A DNA stretch of 64,000 bases from Dehalococcoidia bacterium (GTDB lineage: Bacteria > Chloroflexota > Dehalococcoidia > GIF9 > UBA5629). The notes below the pieces were generated by a model that worked only from the letters and a program-made list of their open reading frames with translations, was not told where the DNA came from and did not search any database. Below, piece by piece: positions 9,048-17,620 of this stretch; position 1 is the stretch's first letter; each line of letters opens with the position of its first letter. Location: assembly GCA_050011565.1 (NCBI GenBank), contig JBEKIW010000003.1, positions 224,001 through 288,000 of the forward strand. The letters are read 5' to 3'. The position numbers and the translations under genes were made by a program.

Positions 9048-10310
9048 ATGAACGTTGCTGAACTTGAAACCAAGACAAGAGACGAGCTGGTCGAGATGGC
9101 CAAACAACAGGGCGTTGAAGGTTACAGCGGGCTGAAGAAACAAGACCTTATCATGCGGCTGGTACAGGCACATGCTGAACAACAGGGCTACCTGTTCGTC
9201 AGTGGTATACTTGATATCGTTGGCGAAGGTTATGGGTTTTTGCGTCAGGAAAGCCTTCTGCCGGGACCCGACGATATCTATATCTCCAACTCGCAGATTC
9301 GCCGCTTCAGTTTAAGGTCCGGTGATACCGTATCGGGACAGGGCAGGCCACCTAAAGAGGGCGAGAAATACTGCAGCCTGATTCGCGTTGAGGCAATTAA
9401 TGGCATCGACCCGGAGCAATCCAGGAACCGGCCTCATTTCAACTCTCTGACACCGACCTTCCCTGATAAAATGTATAATCTGGAGACCAAACCACACTAT
9501 TTGTCAACGCGGCTCATAAACCTGATAGCGCCTATAGGTCGAGGCCAACGTGGACTTATTGTTTCACCGCCTAAAGCTGGCAAAACCGTGCTTCTTAAGC
9601 ATATAGCCAACGCCATTACCACCAACTACACCGATCCTCATCTCATGGTATGCCTTATCGGCGAAAGGCCGGAGGAAGTAACCGATATGAAACGCTCGGT
9701 AAAAGCCGAGGTTGTAGCCGCTACTTTCGATGACCTGGCCGAGAATCAAACACGTGTAGCCGAACTGGCTCTGGACAGAGCCAAAAGGCTGGTGGAAATA
9801 GGCAAGGATGTAATTATCCTGCTTGATGGTATCACACGTCTAACACGAGCCTATAATCTGGCCATGCCACCCAGCGGGCGCACCCTATCCGGAGGTATTG
9901 ATTCGGTAGCCCTCTATCCGCCAAAGCGCTTCTTAGGCGCCGCTCGTAATATGGAAGAAGGAGGCAGCCTGACCATCATCGCTACTTGCCTGGTAGATAC
10001 CGGCAGCCGGATGGACGAGCTGATTTACGAAGAATTTAAAGGCACAGGCAATATGGAACTGCATCTCGATCGCCACCTGGCCGAAAAGAGAATCTTCCCG
10101 GCCCTGGATATATTACACAGTGGCACGCGCCGCGAGGAACTGCTACTTGATGAAACTACTATGAAGCAAGTATGGCTGCTCAGGCGCATAGTGAATATGC
10201 TGGCCGAAGACTCACCGAACAGCACTGAAGCTACTGAGAGACTTCTCGACCGTTTGGCTAAAACTCAAACCAATGCTGAATTTTTGGCAACACTGTCCAA
10301 AGATGTATAA
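9048..10310 (+). CDS. rho: Transcription termination factor Rho
   Basis: [35 protein letters not shown]. Confidence 0.98.
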   Translation: MNVAELETKTRDELVEMAKQQGVEGYSGLKKQDLIMRLVQAHAEQQGYLFVSGILDIVGEGYGFLRQESLLPGPDDIYISNSQIRRFSLRSGDTVSGQGRPPKEGEKYCSLIRVEAINGIDPEQSRNRPHFNSLTPTFPDKMYNLETKPHYLSTRLINLIAPIGRGQRGLIVSPPKAGKTVLLKHIANAITTNYTDPHLMVCLIGERPEEVTDMKRSVKAEVVAATFDDLAENQTRVAELALDRAKRLVEIGKDVIILLDGITRLTRAYNLAMPPSGRTLSGGIDSVALYPPKRFLGAARNMEEGGSLTIIATCLVDTGSRMDELIYEEFKGTGNMELHLDRHLAEKRIFPALDILHSGTRREELLLDETTMKQVWLLRRIVNMLAEDSPNSTEATERLLDRLAKTQTNAEFLATLSKDV

Positions 10311-10406
10311 GAGGACAGCCATCTGCCATAACCCTGGGCCCAGGCTCTCTATTGACTTTAATCCATTTCGTGTTATGATAGCAGACAAAATGGCTTGGAG
10401 GAAGCA

Positions 10407-12194
10407 ATGAAAGCAGGAGCTACAGGTACAGCACTCGCCATTCTATTGCTCGCTGTTTGCCTGACACCGATACCTGTCCACGCGGATTCTCTAATGTTGA
10501 ACACTGCCCAAGGTATTGTGGGCACAAATGTGACCATTCCTTCGGTGACTGGCTACGGCCTTGGTAATTACGAGCTTTACTGGGGCGAAAATGACCTGCT
10601 GATAGGCCAGGGCGAAATTAAGCAGGGCGTAGTTTCAATAGCTTTTATTGTTCCGGAAGCCTCCAGAGGCAAACACAAAGTCACCTTGAAAATCGCCGGC
10701 AACTTTTTCACTAGCGACTTTATCGTCATTCCCGCTATAGGCCTCAGCAGTAACGAGGGTACCGTAGGCTCAAATCTGACAATTGCCGGGAAAGGCTTTA
10801 ATGCCAATGAATCGAACATACAGGTAACCTTCGACGCTAACCCGGCACAAACTGGGATTGTGGCCGGTAGTAAAGGAAGCTGGCAAATCACTATAAAAGT
10901 TCCGGCGAGCAGTCGAGGCCAGCATATTATCGATGCTGCAGGCACCACACCTGCTTCCGAGGTTGAAGATAAAGAATTCACAGTAATCCCGGAAATCGAA
11001 ACCAACCCGTCGTCCGGCTGGGTAAACACGGTAGTAGGCATATACGGCAGCGGGTTTGCTACCGGCGAAACCAACATAAAAGTAACGTACGATGGCGGAA
11101 CAGTAAAAACGGATATAGCGGCCGATGCCAAAGGTTCATGGCAGTCCAGTTTCTCAATCCCGTCATCCTCTAGAGGCAGCCACGATATAAGAGCTTACGG
11201 AGCGGTTACCAACGAAAGTGATTTACAATCAGCTAGCTTCTCCGTATCTCCGGGAATAAAACTTGAACCGGTCTCCGGTTACCTGGGCGGTGCTATTTAT
11301 GTAGGTGATGGTCTATATATCGGCGGCGTCGGCTTCGAAGCTAACGAAACCAATATCAAAGTCACTTATGACGGAGCGCTGGCTATCAGTAATATCACAG
11401 CCGATACCAAGGGCTCATGGTCAGATAAATTAGATGTGCCTCCGTCTAGCAAGGGAGAGCATATCATCGATGCTTCTGGAGAAATTACTAAAGCTAGCGA
11501 TATCGTCGACGCTATTGTAATTGTTTCACCCAAGGTAGAACTGAATCCCGCTTCGGGCGCTATAGGCAGTGATATAACGGTTCACGGCACTGGTTTTGCA
11601 GCCAATCAGGTTATAACTATCAGCTACGATGGCGCCAAGGTTGCCTCCGGCGCAGCCACAGACGCCAAAGGCGTTTTCACGACCAGCTTCAAAATTCCAC
11701 AAAGTAGAGCTGGCGACCATACAGTAACCGTTACCGACCCAACGGCCGCCGTATTCTCAATGAACTTGAGTGTAGAGTCAGTGCCGCCGCCAACACCCAA
11801 TCTCATATCTCCGGAGGCCGGCAGCGAGTTCGGGTCCTTCGGCAAAACTATCGTTACCTTCCGCTGGTCAGCCGTCGAAGACCCCAGCGGAGTCTACTAT
11901 GTATTGGAAATAAGCCCCAGTTCCGATTTTGCTGGTACAGTAATTCGAAAAGAGGGCTTAACCGTGACCGACTACACGCTGGCTAAGAACGAGGCTCTCA
12001 CCAAAGGGAACTATTATTGGAGAGTCAGAGCTGTAGACGGTGCCGATAATCAGGGCGATTGGACAAACGGACAACTCTTTAAGATTGGCGGCATCGACTG
12101 GTGGCTAATTCTACTCATCGCCGTGGCTGTCATAGTTGTAATCGTTATTATCTGGCGTTTCGCATCTGTCAACCGAAAGGACAAATGGAAATAA
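10407..12194 (+). CDS. Multi-Ig (IPT/TIG-like) repeat surface protein with C-terminal Fn3 and TM anchor
   Basis: Signal peptide (VHA-D), about five repeats of G.GF..NE.NI.VTYDG...ADxKGSW, YYWRVRA, C-terminal TM helix. Confidence 0.8.
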   Translation: MKAGATGTALAILLLAVCLTPIPVHADSLMLNTAQGIVGTNVTIPSVTGYGLGNYELYWGENDLLIGQGEIKQGVVSIAFIVPEASRGKHKVTLKIAGNFFTSDFIVIPAIGLSSNEGTVGSNLTIAGKGFNANESNIQVTFDANPAQTGIVAGSKGSWQITIKVPASSRGQHIIDAAGTTPASEVEDKEFTVIPEIETNPSSGWVNTVVGIYGSGFATGETNIKVTYDGGTVKTDIAADAKGSWQSSFSIPSSSRGSHDIRAYGAVTNESDLQSASFSVSPGIKLEPVSGYLGGAIYVGDGLYIGGVGFEANETNIKVTYDGALAISNITADTKGSWSDKLDVPPSSKGEHIIDASGEITKASDIVDAIVIVSPKVELNPASGAIGSDITVHGTGFAANQVITISYDGAKVASGAATDAKGVFTTSFKIPQSRAGDHTVTVTDPTAAVFSMNLSVESVPPPTPNLISPEAGSEFGSFGKTIVTFRWSAVEDPSGVYYVLEISPSSDFAGTVIRKEGLTVTDYTLAKNEALTKGNYYWRVRAVDGADNQGDWTNGQLFKIGGIDWWLILLIAVAVIVVIVIIWRFASVNRKDKWK

Positions 12195-12277
12195 AGGCCG
12201 TAAACTTGACAATCTGAGACTAATAGCATAATATGAAACAAATTAACCAATATGTTAACACAAAGTAAGGAGGTATC

Positions 12278-13459
12278 ATGAGACTATTGGTTATCGGATT
12301 AGGGCAATGTGGCTCCCGAGTCGCCGATCAGTTTGTCCGTTTAAATAAGCGGGCAGCAGCGCAGTGGGGCATCAATATAGTCACGGGAACCTTTGCCGTA
12401 AATACGGACCAAACCGACCTGACTGGTTTAACTCATATAGGCACCGATTTTATGCATCGCATCCTCATCGGCGGTCGTAAGACCTGGGGACATGGTGTGG
12501 GCAAGATAAACGAGATGGGCGCCGAGTTAGCCAGAGAGGACGGTGACAAGGTAGTTGATGCCATCAGAACTGCACCCAATTTTTACCAGACCCATGCTTT
12601 CATGCTTATCGCTGGGGCGGCCGGTGGTACCGGCTCGGGTGCCATATCGGTAATCGCCCAAATGCTTAAAGAACGATACGTTGGCAAGCCGGTCTACGCC
12701 CTGGTGGTTCTTCCCTTCGAACACGAGGAAATGGCGGAGCTAAGAAGCGTTTACAATACCGCGACTTGTCTAAAGTCAATACAGTCGGTAGCCGATGGCG
12801 TCTTTCTGGCAGATAATCAACGCTATGTTAGAAAGGACGCCAGCCTGGCAATGAACCTGGATAGAATAAACTCAACCATTGCCGAACCTTTTTACGATAT
12901 GATGTGTGCCGGCGAGATAACTAGATTTAAATACGTCGGTGCTAAAGTGCTGGATGCCGGTGATATAATGCAGTCCATAGACGGCTGGACGGCAATAGGG
13001 GTTGGCCGAACCAGCATACCGCGTGCCTTCCGCTTTCCCTGGGAACTGAACAAGGTCAGCTTCAAGGAGAAGAGCGATGAGAGTCTAAGGGCTATGCAGG
13101 CTATGGACGCCGCCTTCAGTGAGCTTTCCGTCGGCTGCAGCCCCGAGGATGCCGGCAGAGCCTTATATCTGCTCTCGGCACCGGCGAAGGACATGTCTAT
13201 GGACATCGCCAAAGGTTTAGGCGACTATCTCAGAGAACTCGCAGAAAATGCAGTAATCAGAGCCGGCGACTTCCCCAGAGGTGGGGTAACCGTCGACGTC
13301 ACCGTAATACTTTCTCAGCTAGCCTTCGTCCAGAAGATAAGAGACTACTACGACAGAGCTACAGCCTTTGCTCAGACCCAGAAGGAGCGGATAAAGGAGA
13401 CAACGGGCAGGCTCCGTGACATGGAAGAAGCCGCTAAGGGATTGCCCAGCTTAATCTAG
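12278..13459 (+). CDS. Tubulin/FtsZ-superfamily GTPase, CetZ-like
   Basis: IGLGQCG, AVNTD, GHGVG, GAAGGTGSG, LPF, DN and LDAGD motifs; no FtsZ C-terminal linker or core peptide. Confidence 0.9.
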   Translation: MRLLVIGLGQCGSRVADQFVRLNKRAAAQWGINIVTGTFAVNTDQTDLTGLTHIGTDFMHRILIGGRKTWGHGVGKINEMGAELAREDGDKVVDAIRTAPNFYQTHAFMLIAGAAGGTGSGAISVIAQMLKERYVGKPVYALVVLPFEHEEMAELRSVYNTATCLKSIQSVADGVFLADNQRYVRKDASLAMNLDRINSTIAEPFYDMMCAGEITRFKYVGAKVLDAGDIMQSIDGWTAIGVGRTSIPRAFRFPWELNKVSFKEKSDESLRAMQAMDAAFSELSVGCSPEDAGRALYLLSAPAKDMSMDIAKGLGDYLRELAENAVIRAGDFPRGGVTVDVTVILSQLAFVQKIRDYYDRATAFAQTQKERIKETTGRLRDMEEAAKGLPSLI

Positions 13460-13488
13460 CCATATCAAATATTATTCTGACAAAACAT

Positions 13489-13514
13489 AAGGGGAGGGAT
13501 AAACCCTCCCCTTT
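13489..13514. terminator. Intrinsic terminator after the CetZ-like gene
   Basis: aaggggagggat-aa-accctccccttt hairpin between convergent genes. Confidence 0.7.
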
Positions 13515-13561
13515 ATTATTTAAGAAGGTCCGTCCCTACTTTTTTATATTCTGGCCCCTCC

Positions 13562-13627
13562 TTACGCTCATTCCGAGCTTCCTTTACGCATATTCCGGTC
13601 TTTCTTTACGCTCATTCTGAGCTTGTC
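13562..13627. repeat. Three degenerate 22-bp tandem repeats
   Basis: ttacgctcattccgagcttcct / ttacgcatattccggtctttct / ttacgctcattctgagcttgtc. Confidence 0.6.
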
Positions 13628-13657
13628 GAAGAATCCGCAGGGAAACGTCTACTTTCC

Positions 13658-15024
13658 TCAGTCAGATAATAGCCCTCTAGCCTTTCGTGGCATCCACTTA
13701 TTGGCCGCTTGAACCACCATAGCCAGGCTCATCAGATAATCATCATGACCATCACTGCTATCGACAAAGAAGTTCAATGTCTGGCTGGGTCTGTATATGC
13801 TCTTAGCTTTCTGAAGCTCAAACATCAACTCCCTATAATCTTCGGAGTCGTCCTGTTGGTAAAGCTTGAGCCTGCCGGAGTTTACAGCCGCCAATAAATC
13901 GAAGCCCGCTTCAGACTTCGTCTTTTGAGTAAATTTAAAGGGGATAACTTTACCGCCCAATGATTTACGTAAGAAGCTGGTTACGGGCTCACCAATGCCC
14001 GTGGCGTCGGCGACAATTCGGCTGCATCTCCATAAGTTTTTCAGTATGTCCACCATCTGAGGGTATAGTTCAGCATGCTTCTTGCCCACCCAGCTATAGT
14101 TCTCAACTACATGTACTCTGGGCTCCCTGGCCGGTATGTCCATACCATCATATGTAACCTCAGCAATGGTTATGACGGTGGCGTCTCTGCCCGAGCGGGT
14201 CAGAATATCATCTTCGAGCTGCTCCGACTCGCCGGCGAAATCTATGCCGGCTACGTAGACCCTGCCTTCCTGCAGGCGGCTAAGTCTGAGATGTTCGCCC
14301 CTTAGTTGGGCGATTTGCTGGTTGGTCAGGAAACCACCTCCGCCTCGAATTGGCAGTAGAGCATATTGAGTCCGGAACAGAGGATGGTCTTCGCCGAGAC
14401 GCTGCCGTTCGGACTCAATAAAGGATTTGTAACTTGGATTATATTTGGCTACTTCCTGCCAGTCATAACGGAAATGGCGCTTAATACCATCCTTCTTCTC
14501 CAGCTCCAGGTTAGTCTGCTTTACCTCTTCCAGCAAGGTAGTATCGTCCCAGGTTGTGCCATAGTGAACAGTGGTGGCATTTGAAGCTGATACCATGGGC
14601 CGGAATTCTTTGGTATATTTATCCTTAGCTACGTCCTGGGATTCGTCTATCTCTAGCAGTATGTCGGCGGTATGCCCCACTACCGAAGCTGATTCGTCAG
14701 CGGAAAGAAATATCTGTCTGGCATTGCCCAGCCTGACCATATAGCCAGCCTCGGTAAACCAGATGCCGCCGAAACCGAAATCGTTTAGCCTGTCCTTGAG
14801 CCGGCTAATGGAGATAATTGTCTGCGGTTTGAACGTTGGGGAACACTTGATGGCATTGCCGCCGGCAGCCATGAACATTGTCAGCAGTAAAACTTCGAGA
14901 TGTACCGAAAGCTCATTCTTACCACCCTGGCGGGCGATTTCGACCGAAAAGGTCAAACCTAAATTACCCTGAATGCTCTCGATGATGGCTTTGGACGCTT
15001 CAGCTTGATAGGGCGCAATTTCAT
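13658..15024 (-). CDS. Phage terminase large subunit (ATPase + RNaseH-like nuclease); apparent 1-nt frameshift at codon 5
   Basis: PYQ motif, Walker A ARQGGKN, Walker B LLEIDE, GTT coupling motif, nuclease AGIDFA, VADATGIG and GHDDYLMSLA. The ATG at 15024 gives MKLRP, out of frame with YQ. Confidence 0.85.
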
Positions 15025-15089
15025 TTCGAAAAATAAAAGGAAAAGGGAACTCGAGGAAAAACAAAACCGGCGGTCTCTTATTGAAACCT

Positions 15090-15419
15090 TTAGCTTCTTA
15101 TCAGCGTCTTAACACCCAGGGGAATAGCTATCTCAGTTAATACTTTGGTGATAGCCTCCTTAAGAGACTTCTTCTGTTCCTTGCTGATGTTATAGCGGGT
15201 TGTTACCAGCCGGGCAATAGTGGTAGCCAATCTCAGATGCAGGTCAAATTTCTCCGGCGCGGCGACAATAAGCTCCCTGAGCTTAACGCGAAGTATGGCA
15301 ATCTCCTCGTCAATACCCTCTATGCCCCTAGCTTCTTCAAGCTCCAGCCTCTCGGCTTCATTAAGTGCCTGTCCGTAAAATACCTGTCTTTTGCTTTTTG
15401 CGGCGTTCTTTCTTACCAT
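15090..15419 (-). CDS. Putative terminase small subunit-like protein
   Basis: 109-aa helical protein directly upstream of TerL; basic N-terminus, FY..AL, GIDEEIAILRVKL. Confidence 0.6.
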   Translation of the reverse strand: MVRKNAAKSKRQVFYGQALNEAERLELEEARGIEGIDEEIAILRVKLRELIVAAPEKFDLHLRLATTIARLVTTRYNISKEQKKSLKEAITKVLTEIAIPLGVKTLIRS

Positions 15420-15510
15420 TTTCCATCGCCCTGATAATTCCATAGACCAAAGCATAAGCAGCCAGGTCATATCTCTGACTATCTAATGCAACCTTCAACA
15501 ACTTCGCCAT
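15361..15510 (-). CDS. Unannotated 49-aa protein, first gene of the terminase operon
   Basis: MAKLLKVALDSQRYDLAAYALVYGIIRAMENGKKERRKKQKTGILRTGT*; starts just after the TGcTACTAT -10 and overlaps the TerS-like start. Confidence 0.55.
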   Translation of the reverse strand: MAKLLKVALDSQRYDLAAYALVYGIIRAMENGKKERRKKQKTGILRTGT

Positions 15511-15523
15511 GTCATCATCATAG

Positions 15524-15539
15524 TAGCACTATTGTTCTA
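15524..15539 (-). promoter_or_regulatory. LexA/SOS-like box overlapping the extended -10 of the terminase operon
   Basis: TAGAAC-AATA-GTGCTA, one mismatch to the GAAC-N4-GTTC palindrome. Confidence 0.6.
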
Positions 15540-15646
15540 TTTTAACAAGCTTAACTTGTCACTATTTCTTTCGGAATCGGGGCCGGCTCCGATACGATTG
15601 GCAGCCTTTGGGTTAAATAAGCCGGTGTGCTATACTATGCGCCATT

Positions 15647-16906
15647 ATGAAGCACAGGGTTGCAGTTGTCGTATTGATTAGTACCCTGCTGCTCATGCTG
15701 GCGTGTGCTAGTTCCTCACAAAAGTATATTGAGCAGGCTGATACCTATTTCGCGCAGCAACAATGGAATGAAGCTATTAGCGAATACAGCAAGGCAATTG
15801 ACGACAATCCAAACCTGGCCTTGGCCTATAGCAAACGCAGCCAGGCTTATGCCGCCAAAGAAGATTGGAATGCGGCTGTCAGCGACCTGAATAAGGCTAT
15901 CGAGCTGGACCCGAAGTTAATTGAGGCCTACAGTCATCGTGCTGCAGTTTATCATGCTCAAGGGCAATGGGACATGGCCATTAGCGACCTGAATAAGGCT
16001 ATCGAGCTGGACCCGAACCTGGCCGTGGCATATAGCAGTAGAGGCTGGACCTACGCTTCCAAAGGGCAATTAGATTTAGCGCTTGCTGATTTGAACAAAG
16101 CCATTGAGTTAGACCCCAATCTGGCTGAGTCATATCATAATCGAGGTCTGGTCTACAACGCTCAGAGTCGTTGGGACATGGGCATCGCCGATTTGAGCAA
16201 GGCAATAGAGCTTGACCCGACCAATTTCACGGCATACGAGGACCGTGGCTCCGCCTATTCCAACACCGGGAAACTCGACCTGGCCATCGCTGACCTGAAT
16301 AAGGCTATAGAGCTGAAACCTGACTATGCATTGGCTTACTATAATCGCGGCCTGGTCTACAAGGAACAGGAAAAATGGGAACCGGCAATCGCCGATTTCA
16401 ACAAAGCATTGGAACTCGAACCGAGTCTCGTCGGTATCAATCAAGTACTGGCTGAAGTATACACCAACCGAGGTTTTATCTATCGGACACAAGAGCAAAA
16501 TGACCTGGCTATAGCCGACTTTAATAAGGCTATAGAACTGGACCCGAACCTGGCTGTAGCCTACTTTAATTTGGGCTGGGTGTACAATACGCAGGGAGAG
16601 TGGGAGCTGGCTATCACCAATTTTAGCAAAGCGGTGGAGTTGGAGCCCCATTACCCGCAGGCATACAGTAACAGGGCTTACAGCTATCTCGTCACTGGAG
16701 AATTGGATAAAGCTATCGCTGACTACAGCAAGGCAATTGAGCTAGACCCAAGTTATGCCCTGGCTTATTACAATAGGGCACTTGCCTACTACAACACCGG
16801 CCAGTCTGACCTGGCAGTTGCCGATTTCAATAAAACCATTCAGCTGTCGACCGACCCAGACCTGATTTCCTTAGCTAAGGACCGCATATCCGAGATCCAA
16901 AAATAA
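15647..16906 (+). CDS. TPR-repeat lipoprotein
   Basis: MLAC lipobox; about 11 TPRs (AY.NRG...AIADxNKAIELDP). Confidence 0.92.
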   Translation: MKHRVAVVVLISTLLLMLACASSSQKYIEQADTYFAQQQWNEAISEYSKAIDDNPNLALAYSKRSQAYAAKEDWNAAVSDLNKAIELDPKLIEAYSHRAAVYHAQGQWDMAISDLNKAIELDPNLAVAYSSRGWTYASKGQLDLALADLNKAIELDPNLAESYHNRGLVYNAQSRWDMGIADLSKAIELDPTNFTAYEDRGSAYSNTGKLDLAIADLNKAIELKPDYALAYYNRGLVYKEQEKWEPAIADFNKALELEPSLVGINQVLAEVYTNRGFIYRTQEQNDLAIADFNKAIELDPNLAVAYFNLGWVYNTQGEWELAITNFSKAVELEPHYPQAYSNRAYSYLVTGELDKAIADYSKAIELDPSYALAYYNRALAYYNTGQSDLAVADFNKTIQLSTDPDLISLAKDRISEIQK

Positions 16907-16936
16907 AGTAGTGTGGATTGAGAAATTTGGATTTAT

Positions 16937-17620
16937 TTAGGATTTGGTGCTTAGAATTTGGAATTTGTCCTTAAAAAAGTCAGCTACCTTATTGCCCAGA
17001 ACTGATTCATATCCCCACCACAGGTGGTCGGCTCCGTCAATTAGTTCAAATTGTTTTGGCTCAGCCGCTTCTCTACCCATCAGTCGCGCCTGCTCCAGCG
17101 GCACAATCATATCATTAGTTCCACAGATTAGAAGCTTTGGCTTGGGGCAGCTCTTCAATTGAGAAATCTGTGACTTTCCATGAGGCATTGAAATCAACGC
17201 CACTGCTCCGACTCTATCATCCGCGCAGGCAACGGGCAATGCCACAGCAGCGCCAAATGAATAACCCGAAAGCCCCACCCGGTTACCATCCGCTTCCGGC
17301 TGAGAAATAATCCAGCTTAGGGCGGCCGCCGCATCTTCTTGTTCGGCTATGCCACCCCCAAAGCTGCCCTGGCTGCCACCCACGCCGCGAAAGTTAAACA
17401 TAAAGGCAATAACAGACTTTTTTATCAGAGCCAAACTTATCGATAGAATAACGTTGTTATCCATCGAGCCGCCATAGACAGGATGAGGATGGCACAGCAC
17501 TACGGCCGGGAAAACTCCATCTCTGTCCGGGCAATAACACAGACCCTCAAGCGTAAGCTTACCGCAAGGAAAAGATACGTGCCTCTGCCTCAGCCTTTCG
17601 TCTCCCGTTTGCCTTGCCAC
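16937..17620 (-). CDS. Alpha/beta hydrolase
   Basis: CHPHP.YGGSMDN, FNFRGVG, GYSFG nucleophile elbow, ADH; the true start may be at 17593. Confidence 0.9.
   Translation of the reverse strand: MARQTGDERLRQRHVSFPCGKLTLEGLCYCPDRDGVFPAVVLCHPHPVYGGSMDNNVILSISLALIKKSVIAFMFNFRGVGGSQGSFGGGIAEQEDAAAALSWIISQPEADGNRVGLSGYSFGAAVALPVACADDRVGAVALISMPHGKSQISQLKSCPKPKLLICGTNDMIVPLEQARLMGREAAEPKQFELIDGADHLWWGYESVLGNKVADFFKDKFQILSTKS

Noticed and set aside
12278-13459. Canonical cell-division ftsZ
   Set aside because: Lacks the GGGGxN and NxDFAD motifs, the C-terminal core peptide and the dcw context; the motifs are CetZ-like.
13562-13627. CRISPR array
   Set aside because: Contiguous degenerate units with no spacers and no cas genes.
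13658-15470. Complete prophage
   Set aside because: No integrase, att sites, or structural, lysis or replication genes; the flanks are host genes.
15850-16860. Near-identical DNA repeats as a DGR or mobile repeat
   Set aside because: Explained by in-frame TPR coding repeats; no reverse transcriptase in the window.
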